DNA from: a virus
Lineage: Duplodnaviria; Heunggongvirae; Uroviricota; Caudoviricetes
IMG/VR virus record: IMGVR_UViG_2740892258_000020
Length of the DNA: 25,906 nucleotides
Direction: 5' to 3' (one strand)
Both the position numbers and the translations under genes were made by a program. The notes beneath the pieces were generated by a model that saw nothing but the letters and a program-made list of their open reading frames with translations, was not told where the DNA came from and did no database searches. Within the stretch, counting starts at the first letter, position 1; the number at the start of each line of letters is the position of its first letter. Of the stretch, positions 16,508 to 23,385 are shown in pieces.

Positions 16508-17115
16508 CAGGACAACCTCGCAATGGTAAACTCATCAACCGGTGGCTGTGGTTCCTGTGATTCATTCTGGCTATGCGAGCCAGCACTAAGAATCACGCGA
16601 TTGTACATATTGAGGGCAAACGTACCGAGGTCTGCATTCCCAGTCAGCGCCATGTTAATAGCTGCCGCAAGACGCCAGGCCAACGCCTCCATAAAAATGG
16701 CATCAAACATGTTCACATCTGTAACGCGAGAGACATACTTGAGCCATGCCTGAGGCTGGTCTGTGTAGATCAACTTTCCTGTTCCGTTGGTGTCTGCACC
16801 AACTTCGTACTGAACGCGCATTGCTGCTGTTGGATTGCGTACACCAGGAAGCATAATTTCAGTAATGCGCAGACAATCTGACGGGTACTGGTACGCATAT
16901 TCCCAGTCAGGCGGTGGATTGCTCGTATCTGCAAGCGCCACGCGTTTGGTAGCAAAGTTCCAGTCAAAATCAGAAAGCACAGCATCACGACAGGCCTCAA
17001 AGTGCAGCGAACATTCCCCCGCTTCCTTGCTGGCTTCCGTCAGGCTGTTAATGCTGCGGCTGTTGCCAATATTGGACAGCGCACGATTACAGATCTCTAC
17101 TACAGAGGCCATCAC
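16507..17115 (-). CDS. tail tubular protein A-like (adaptor) protein (202 aa)
   Basis: Size and position match T7 gp11 (196 aa), immediately upstream of the gp12-like gene with overlapping stop/start. Confidence 0.45.
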   Translation of the reverse strand: MMASVVEICNRALSNIGNSRSINSLTEASKEAGECSLHFEACRDAVLSDFDWNFATKRVALADTSNPPPDWEYAYQYPSDCLRITEIMLPGVRNPTAAMRVQYEVGADTNGTGKLIYTDQPQAWLKYVSRVTDVNMFDAIFMEALAWRLAAAINMALTGNADLGTFALNMYNRVILSAGSHSQNESQEPQPPVDEFTIARLS

Positions 17116-17441
17116 TCACCTCCGTTACCGTACAGAGTTTCAGCCGCTGATTTTTCTACATCCCCGGAAACAGGAGCGATCGCCATATCAGTGATCTGCA
17201 GATCGGCGCTGCGATTAACGCCATCGTTAGTTTCTCTGGCAGACAGGCCTCGAATAACAGCCTTTGCAGTTATCATCACTTCCGTTCCGACGCCCTTAGG
17301 TTGCGCCTTCAGCTTATTCAATGTGTCGTTATTAAGAGTGATGCACAGCCCCCACGGGTATTCATCGCGAGTTCTGGTTTCTCCGCTCTCATCCTGGTAG
17401 CTGTCAGTGCCGGTTTTGAGGTTTACGAGTTCCATATACAC
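17112..17441 (-). CDS. hypothetical virion-module protein (109 aa)
   Basis: Compact ORF in the late operon; 4-nt overlap with the downstream gene. Confidence 0.5.
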   Translation of the reverse strand: MYMELVNLKTGTDSYQDESGETRTRDEYPWGLCITLNNDTLNKLKAQPKGVGTEVMITAKAVIRGLSARETNDGVNRSADLQITDMAIAPVSGDVEKSAAETLYGNGGE

Positions 17442-17485
17442 TCCTGCAATAAAGGGGCCGAAGCCCCTTGTCTGATCCGCGAGGC

Positions 17486-17830
17486 TTACACGCCCAGTTC
17501 TTTACGCTTATCTGCGATCTTCTCGCGGAGCGTTTCGGCTTTGGCGTTATGGTGTGGCTTCTCGTTAAAGAGCAATTCGTACTCTTCACGGAGCTTATCC
17601 AGTTCACCATCATCTGACACATCGTTGATGATTTTGGTGCTGGTTGCTGCCATAGACACCTTTCCTGCTACCTTTGCTTTTGCCTGTCTGGCTGCATCGT
17701 TAACAGGTTCCAGTGCGCTACCAGGCTCACCTTCGTATTCGATTTCTGCCCCCTCCGGCCACAGAGTGTTATGGATATGAGAGAGGCGCAGAACGCGGTA
17801 TCTTGGTTTCTCACCTGACATCGATATCAC
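17486..17830 (-). CDS. hypothetical virion-module protein (114 aa)
   Basis: ORF in the late operon between capsid-associated and tail genes; followed by a UUCG-loop hairpin (17452..17467). Confidence 0.5.
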   Translation of the reverse strand: MISMSGEKPRYRVLRLSHIHNTLWPEGAEIEYEGEPGSALEPVNDAARQAKAKVAGKVSMAATSTKIINDVSDDGELDKLREEYELLFNEKPHHNAKAETLREKIADKRKELGV

Positions 17831-17831
17831 C

Positions 17832-18269
17832 TTAACCAGTTACTTTTGAGAGGATCGGATACGGCGTATTGGCATCAACATCAAGACTGATACCAGCAGT
17901 GAATTCGCCAGCCGTTAGTGGGCCAGTTGCGACGGAGTAGTTAACACGCAGATATCGCTGAACACCGGCAGGCACCTTTGCAGAAACAACTCGTTTACCT
18001 GCTGTCAGGGCGGTCTTTGCCAGTGCGCCACTATCATAAATAGTGGTCCATGAGCTGTTATTCTCACTCGTCTGCAACTGGATGTTTACAGTTGCATCAC
18101 CGCTTGCCGCGGCGGCTGTGTTAACCAGCGCCCAAAACTCAAGCGGGTAACCCACGCCGATATCACGACGTTTTCCGTCAATTGGACCGAGATCGATTAC
18201 GTCAGTAGAAGCCGCGGTATTCGTAACCGCCTGAGCTTCGGAGAACATCAACAGTTTGTCGGTGATCAT
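17832..18269 (-). CDS. capsid-associated protein (145 aa), possibly decoration or head-completion
   Basis: Directly follows the major capsid gene; Thr/Ala/Gly-rich, beta-rich composition. Function by position only. Confidence 0.45.
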   Translation of the reverse strand: MITDKLLMFSEAQAVTNTAASTDVIDLGPIDGKRRDIGVGYPLEFWALVNTAAAASGDATVNIQLQTSENNSSWTTIYDSGALAKTALTAGKRVVSAKVPAGVQRYLRVNYSVATGPLTAGEFTAGISLDVDANTPYPILSKVTG

Positions 18270-18320
18270 CTTCTTTCTCCATTAGTGGGTCTGTTACGAC
18301 CCACAGGTTAATAACAGGCG

Positions 18321-19313
18321 TTACACCACGCGGGCTTCTGTTTCCAGAAGCGCATCAGTTTCACGGATTGGTACACCACGGAATGAAGTCCACCACTCGC
18401 CTTCTGTCTCTTTTACGCTGATCGCCAGAGATGTTTTCTCCAGAGATTGCAGATCAAGAGCCTGGCCTACAGTGCGGTTCATGTAGAACACCGGGCGACC
18501 CATGCCACGATTTGGAATGCGATGCAGTGCTTTAACCATCAACTTCGCAATATTTGCGGCAGAGGAAGGTTCTGAAAGATTGCTGACATCGATGTTTGCA
18601 ATGCGAACAACATAACGCCAGTCACGCAGAGCAAGTCCGTTGTCCCATTTGTAATGGGTACGGTAGCCTTCGTACTTGCCGCCATTAGCATCTTCCAGTG
18701 TCACCTGGCCTTTATCTTCCATCTGAATGCCAGCCTTCTGCCCTTTCGGGAAGATGCCATGCACTGTGTTTTCGCCCCACACCACTAACCAGATTGAGGT
18801 GTTATCTGTACCCGTGCCACCAGCATCAATGATGTTCTGAGCATTACCTGCAGACAGGCTGGAATAGCGGGAGGACAGTCCCATAAACTGCTGAGGGTTA
18901 ACGCTGGAATCACCATAAAACAGCGTCTGCGCCATCTGCTGATTCATCGCTTCAATAAATGCGCGGTCTTCAGACAGGCGGAATTCGGCGGTATTACCGT
19001 TCAGATCAGCCAGTGACTTATCGACTTCAGCATAGGTTTCCAGCATTCCAACGGAATCGGTGACCTGCACTGTGGTTGATTTGCTTGGCTGTACGCCATA
19101 GTTCAGCAAACGCCAGGTGGCTGAAGGTAAACCAGAACGAATGGTGGTTCGGTGTCCGGTAGGAAGGTTCCCTTCGACAAAAGGCATATCCTGAAGGATC
19201 GGGTTAGTTTGACCGAGAAGCTCGATAATCTTATCGACTTTCCCGTTTTTATCGACGCGCTTACCCCAGTCAGCCAGCGTTAGCGCAGTTAAGCCTTTAA
19301 CAGCCATTGTCAT
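18321..19313 (-). CDS. major capsid protein (330 aa)
   Basis: Position immediately after the scaffold-like gene and size typical of HK97-fold capsid proteins; GC and codon usage match the structural operon. Confidence 0.6.
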   Translation of the reverse strand: MTMAVKGLTALTLADWGKRVDKNGKVDKIIELLGQTNPILQDMPFVEGNLPTGHRTTIRSGLPSATWRLLNYGVQPSKSTTVQVTDSVGMLETYAEVDKSLADLNGNTAEFRLSEDRAFIEAMNQQMAQTLFYGDSSVNPQQFMGLSSRYSSLSAGNAQNIIDAGGTGTDNTSIWLVVWGENTVHGIFPKGQKAGIQMEDKGQVTLEDANGGKYEGYRTHYKWDNGLALRDWRYVVRIANIDVSNLSEPSSAANIAKLMVKALHRIPNRGMGRPVFYMNRTVGQALDLQSLEKTSLAISVKETEGEWWTSFRGVPIRETDALLETEARVV

Positions 19314-19321
19314 TTCCTCTC

Positions 19322-20023
19322 TTATTTGCCATAGAGCACTTCGGCCGCACTACGCTGGCCTTCATTACCACCGGTGACCATGCCATCTTCAGACATCGCC
19401 TTTCCGATTTTCACGAACGTTTTGACCAGATCAGGGTGATTACCCAGCCCGGTGGTGTTCAGATATTCTTTGAGTTCAGGTGTCCCGAACTGGTCAAGCG
19501 CACGCTGTGCGGCGCTAAGGTTAGAAATCAACTTGTCGCCACCGATTTCTTTGTCAGCTTTTACATCCGCAGCCCACTGCTCGGTTGTTTTCTGCCAGGC
19601 TTCTGCCTGGCGCTGCTGAACACCTGCCAGAATCTTCGGATAAGCATCAACCAGCTTTTGCGCTTGCTCGTTGGTCAGGTTAAGTTCTCGCGCCACCGGC
19701 TCGAATTCCTTCAACGCTTCTGTATCCAGCTCTACGCCTTCGGCAGCCTGAAACTCGTACTTCTCAGGCGCACCCTCTGGTTTATCGCCGTCCTTTTTTT
19801 CATCCTGCTTATCGTTTTCAGGCTTTTTGTCATCAGCAGGTTTATCGCCATCAGCAACAGGTTGTGGCTTATCACCTTCCTGTTGTGATGGATCACCAAC
19901 TGGAGCAGGGTTATCACCTGCAGGCGCTGACGGTTCTGACGCAGCCGGAGCTGCTCCACCATCGACTGGTTGCTCATTGCAAAGACGGCTATACAGCAAA
20001 CGCTCAAATAAATTCATGATCAC
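19322..20023 (-). CDS. scaffolding protein (233 aa)
   Basis: Highly acidic, Pro/Asp/Lys-rich N-terminal half and predicted-helical C-terminal half; lies between portal and capsid genes; 4-nt overlap with the upstream gene. Confidence 0.6.
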   Translation of the reverse strand: MIMNLFERLLYSRLCNEQPVDGGAAPAASEPSAPAGDNPAPVGDPSQQEGDKPQPVADGDKPADDKKPENDKQDEKKDGDKPEGAPEKYEFQAAEGVELDTEALKEFEPVARELNLTNEQAQKLVDAYPKILAGVQQRQAEAWQKTTEQWAADVKADKEIGGDKLISNLSAAQRALDQFGTPELKEYLNTTGLGNHPDLVKTFVKIGKAMSEDGMVTGGNEGQRSAAEVLYGK

Positions 20024-20316
20024 TCCTGTTCACTGGCCTCTTTGGCCATCTTCAAATACTGTTCAGGACAATGCGCCATAACGCGCTGAAACAGTTCCAG
20101 CGCCAGATTGCGTTGCCCCTCATTAAATGCCATTGCCATAGCGTCCATCGGTGAGATAGCGGAAAACACACGGCCTTTCTCCAGCACCGACCAGACAACG
20201 CGACGCCCCTGTTCACTGCTCATGACAAAGCGAATGTCATCAATTTCACGCTGTGCCATGTCACGTTGCTTACGGGCGTTTTCTTCTTTCAGTTGATCGT
20301 CTTCGTAATCTGTCAT
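20020..20316 (-). CDS. small acidic protein (98 aa) between portal and scaffold
   Basis: ORF with ATGA-type overlaps to the portal stop and the scaffold start; function unknown. Confidence 0.5.
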   Translation of the reverse strand: MTDYEDDQLKEENARKQRDMAQREIDDIRFVMSSEQGRRVVWSVLEKGRVFSAISPMDAMAMAFNEGQRNLALELFQRVMAHCPEQYLKMAKEASEQE

Positions 20317-21992
20317 TGTGATTGCCCACCCTGACCACTAACTGCATTCGCCATAGCTGACAAAACACTCGGATCCGAAGTTTTAGCTTCGCTTAGCGTC
20401 TTGGCACCCTGTGCCGCCGCCATCCCCATCGCCATCATTTGTTGCTGCTGTTGCTGCTGTGCCCGTTGCTGGCGAGCCTGCTCAACCTGTTCCTGCGGAA
20501 CAATGACGGTTGGAGACACTCCGGACATATCAGCGAATGCATCGATCGCCTGATCAACGTTGAGTTTGTCGAGAGCTTCTGGTTTCGCTTGCGCAAGTTG
20601 ACCAATGAAGTTAACCGTGGACGCCAGACTGGACAGGCCGATAGACTTCTGCGCCTGAGCCATGACGGAAATGTATTCGACCTTCAGGGGCATACCTTCC
20701 ATCACGTCTGGCGGTGGCGGCAGCATGTTTTTACGCACCATCATCGAGAAAGAGCGGTCAATGAGAGGATTAAGACATTCGTCGTTCAGACGCTCCAGAA
20801 CCGGCCCCAACATCAGAAGTTTTTCTTCTTTCATTTCGATCACCGCTTCAACAGGCATCGAGCGGGTATTGATGTTCTGCAACATCATGAACAGATCGAC
20901 AAAGTAGGCGCTGTTAATGATTTGACGAGTGTCCTGAATGTCTGCCACCAAATCTGCTGTACTGGGGTTAACCAGATAAGCAGGCCTGAAACCATCCTGA
21001 CCAGTAATCTGATCGATATACGTGATGTCGCCAGGAAGAAGGGAGGCACGCTGATTCTTGAGGGAAGTCGGAGCAACCATCGGCGGATTGGTGGCTTTAT
21101 CAATCAACTGCGACTTGCGCTTCTGGAGAAGCTGCAATGCCTTAACAGGTCCAAGCGCCAGCATACCCGGGCATGATGATCCATAAACATCTTCGCCGTT
21201 AACTTCCCAGCGCGGAGCCATAATTGGAAACTCATCGAATCCGGACTCACGCAACAACTTGTCGTTATCGCCACCAACCTCGTAATAAACCGATTTGAAT
21301 GGCTTGTTCTTGCTATCCAGCTTCGATGTATCGCGGTCAATGTTCGGGTAAACCGAATGCATCACTTCAATCCACTTCTCGTAGGTGCCGCTTTCCCACA
21401 TGCTTTTTACGGATTCGCTGACGTTATTTAGCCCGAACTCCTGAACAAGCTGACGAACAGTCATAGAGAACTTGCGAAAACAGGTGTCCACACTGCCACG
21501 AGGTGAGTTAGCCAGGTAGTAACTGCCTATCGGGAATGGCATTGTGCGAATGATGTCCTCGTCATCCTCCAGCACCGCCATTGCACCAGTGCTGTATGTG
21601 CCGAGGCTTCCGTATAACTGCGGAAGAGACTGGTAGAGATTCGACTTATTGAACATATCGTTCATGCGGTTCTGCACCGCCTCGAGCCACAACTTAACAG
21701 GACCATAATCCATCATTTCAGGATCTGGCGTAGCCAGGCGAAACCACGGACGCGCAGGGCTTGTGATGCCTGACATCATGCCGCTGGCGAGAGTGCGCGC
21801 CGCCATAGTCCCGGTCGAATCAATAATGCGTGTATTGCGTCGATCGTTACGGTTGACTTCAGAAGTCAGAAAGCGGGAACCACGCGGGTTGATGTAATCA
21901 CTCAACTCGCGCCAGTGCGGCTCGAACGACTGACGCTCGCTTTCAAGTTGTGCGAACTGTTTGTTCAATCGCTCTTTAGTTGTTTCCGCCAT
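20313..21992 (-). CDS. portal (head-to-tail connector) protein, T7 gp8-like (559 aa)
   Basis: Size close to T7 gp8; C-terminal region (EQARQQRAQQQQQQQMMAMGMAAAQGA) strongly resembles the T7 gp8 C-terminus (EEQKQQKMAQQSMQMGMDNGAAALAQGMAAQA) as I recall it. GGAG RBS. Confidence 0.8.
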   Translation of the reverse strand: MAETTKERLNKQFAQLESERQSFEPHWRELSDYINPRGSRFLTSEVNRNDRRNTRIIDSTGTMAARTLASGMMSGITSPARPWFRLATPDPEMMDYGPVKLWLEAVQNRMNDMFNKSNLYQSLPQLYGSLGTYSTGAMAVLEDDEDIIRTMPFPIGSYYLANSPRGSVDTCFRKFSMTVRQLVQEFGLNNVSESVKSMWESGTYEKWIEVMHSVYPNIDRDTSKLDSKNKPFKSVYYEVGGDNDKLLRESGFDEFPIMAPRWEVNGEDVYGSSCPGMLALGPVKALQLLQKRKSQLIDKATNPPMVAPTSLKNQRASLLPGDITYIDQITGQDGFRPAYLVNPSTADLVADIQDTRQIINSAYFVDLFMMLQNINTRSMPVEAVIEMKEEKLLMLGPVLERLNDECLNPLIDRSFSMMVRKNMLPPPPDVMEGMPLKVEYISVMAQAQKSIGLSSLASTVNFIGQLAQAKPEALDKLNVDQAIDAFADMSGVSPTVIVPQEQVEQARQQRAQQQQQQQMMAMGMAAAQGAKTLSEAKTSDPSVLSAMANAVSGQGGQSQ

Positions 21993-22006
21993 TTCAATGA
22001 CTCCGG

Positions 22007-22213
22007 TTACTGACCAAGCAGCGTTTTACCGCTGGTATTAGCGGTTGATGTGTCGCCCTGAGAACCGGTAAGCAGCGTAGAACTACGACCAGCAGCAGCG
22101 CGACGGCGACGTGTTTCTTCGTCGCGGGCATCAACAACGGCGGCATCCTGCTCCTGTGGTGCTGCCTGAACTTCTGGTGTTGCAGGCACTGATGGTGAGC
22201 TACCCATGCACAT
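22007..22213 (-). CDS. small low-complexity protein (68 aa) immediately upstream of portal
   Basis: ATG preceded by CGGAGTCATTGAT, nearly the same translation-initiation context as portal (CGGAGTCATTGAA); Ala/Pro/Gln/Arg-rich; coding status uncertain. Confidence 0.4.
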   Translation of the reverse strand: MCMGSSPSVPATPEVQAAPQEQDAAVVDARDEETRRRRAAAGRSSTLLTGSQGDTSTANTSGKTLLGQ

Positions 22214-22240
22214 ATCAATGACTCCGTACGCAATTAAATT

Positions 22241-22262
22241 ATTACCAATTTAACCACATATG
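22241..22262. promoter_or_regulatory. conserved 22-bp element ATTACC-N5-AACCACATATG, copy 2, upstream of the portal operon
   Basis: ATTACCAATTTAACCACATATG; see copy 1 at 2462..2483. Confidence 0.45.
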
Positions 22263-22281
22263 ATTTATTTATCGTAGAAGG

Positions 22282-22318
22282 TTGACATTTAACGCGTTAA
22301 TTATTACCTTTCAGGTAA
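22282..22318 (+). promoter_or_regulatory. TTGACA -35-like hexamer followed by operator palindrome site 4 (ATTACC-TTTCA-GGTAA, 22303..22318); possible plus-strand promoter for the tRNA/moron unit
   Basis: Consensus TTGACA at 22282..22287 with the palindrome centred where a -10 would be; the -10 match itself is poor. Confidence 0.4.
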
Positions 22319-22650
22319 CCAAAGGGCTCATTCTGGTTACTAACCTGACTGGCTTGTCGTTAAATTAAACAGGTGGAGTGAGCTTTTATTTTGAGCAGTA
22401 CGGCGTATGGCACATGCGCCGATAGCGGTCTGGATACGTTTAAGGGGCACCCTCCCTTGCTCGGGCAAACGAACCAGGTAGCCGGAATGTGCAAGTCGAG
22501 CGGTTTTATTCCGCGCACGGGGATTCACCATCCCGGCGATTCGGTGTGACGCCTCGGAAGAGACGAGGGTACAACGATGAGAGCATTTATGGAGCCGCGA
22601 CAAAGTGTGGCGCCTTAACAGGCTAAGTGCTCTCAGCGTTGTGGCATTAG

Positions 22651-22727
22651 CTCAGTTGGACAGAGCAACCGCCTTCTAAGCGGTTGGTCGCAGGTTCGAA
22701 TCCTGCATGCCACGCCAGAATCACGCC
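22651..22727 (+). tRNA. tRNA-Arg, anticodon UCU (reads AGA), phage-encoded
   Basis: Full cloverleaf: acceptor GTGGCAT/ATGCCAC, D-arm GCTC-AGTTGGACA-GAGC, anticodon stem ACCGC/GCGGT with loop CTTCTAA, T-arm GCAGG-TTCGAAT-CCTGC, discriminator G and encoded CCA. Similar to but distinct from host argU as I recall it. Confidence 0.9.
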
Positions 22728-22760
22728 TAAGGACCGTGATGCCAGAAGTTCCAGGTGCTT

Positions 22761-22804
22761 GGCGGTGATGGTTTCCCTTGAAGGACTATCACCGCCCTTT
22801 TTAC
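22761..22804 (+). terminator. terminator-like hairpin (9-bp stem GGCGGTGAT/ATCACCGCC, large loop) followed by CTTTTTA, downstream of the tRNA
   Basis: Perfect inverted repeat and T-run about 35 nt after the tRNA 3-prime end. Confidence 0.5.
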
Positions 22805-22880
22805 AGCAGGACGCCATTGCGATGACTTCATGCTGTAAACCCGTACAGCCACGGAAGGCATAACTCATTGCTTCCAGTTC

Positions 22881-22904
22881 GCCCGGTTCGCCGGGCATTT
22901 TTTT
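22881..22904 (+). terminator. strong intrinsic terminator GCCCGG-UUCG-CCGGGC followed by 7 U, 12 nt upstream of the 140-aa gene start
   Basis: Perfect 6-bp GC stem, UUCG tetraloop, TTTTTTT run. Confidence 0.7.
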
Positions 22905-22915
22905 AAGGTGAGATC

Positions 22916-23338
22916 ATGAAAACAATTGATATGTTGGCTAAGTATCTAAATGAATGGCCATTAAAATATTCTCGTATCGTTCAGGCTGAAGACTGCGTTT
23001 TTTATGGCGTTTTTGCTGGTAATGAAATGCATTACGAAGTAATTCAGAGTGAGGGACTGGCCGGGTTAACGCTTAGCGATGACCATGGAATAGGAGTTAC
23101 TTGCCATGACTGGATTTCAGCGCAGAAAACTGAAATGGAAAAAGGCAATGTGTTTGATATTTCTCGCGCTGTATACGCCAAAGAAAAAAGTGATGATGAT
23201 TACATGCGCGAAAACTTATACAACATGAAGTTACAATGCCTGGCTGAAGTGCTTAGTAAAAGATCTTTACTTGATGTGGTTGGTGCTGAGCAGGACGCCA
23301 AGGCAATCAACGCCGCATTCGATAAAATAACCTTCTAA
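22916..23338 (+). CDS. hypothetical moron protein (140 aa), opposite strand to the flanking terminase and portal genes
   Basis: ATG with AAGGTGAG RBS; AT-rich; followed by terminator at 23361..23385; no domain recognised. Confidence 0.65.
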   Translation: MKTIDMLAKYLNEWPLKYSRIVQAEDCVFYGVFAGNEMHYEVIQSEGLAGLTLSDDHGIGVTCHDWISAQKTEMEKGNVFDISRAVYAKEKSDDDYMRENLYNMKLQCLAEVLSKRSLLDVVGAEQDAKAINAAFDKITF

Positions 23339-23360
23339 CGCCGTGACATGTCACAATCAG

Positions 23361-23385
23361 CCCGCCGATTCGCGGGCTTTTTTAT
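23361..23385 (+). terminator. rho-independent terminator AGCCCGCCGATTCGCGGGCT followed by TTTTTTAT
   Basis: GC-rich stem and T-run downstream of the 140-aa gene; overlaps the 3-prime end of the convergent large-terminase gene. Confidence 0.6.

Noticed and set aside
22340-22898. Minus-strand ORFs 22340..22603 and 22647..22898 overlapping the tRNA and its leader.
   Set aside because: The second overlaps a well-formed tRNA on the opposite strand; both have Arg-rich, low-complexity translations and no RBS. The region is better explained as structured non-coding RNA plus terminators.
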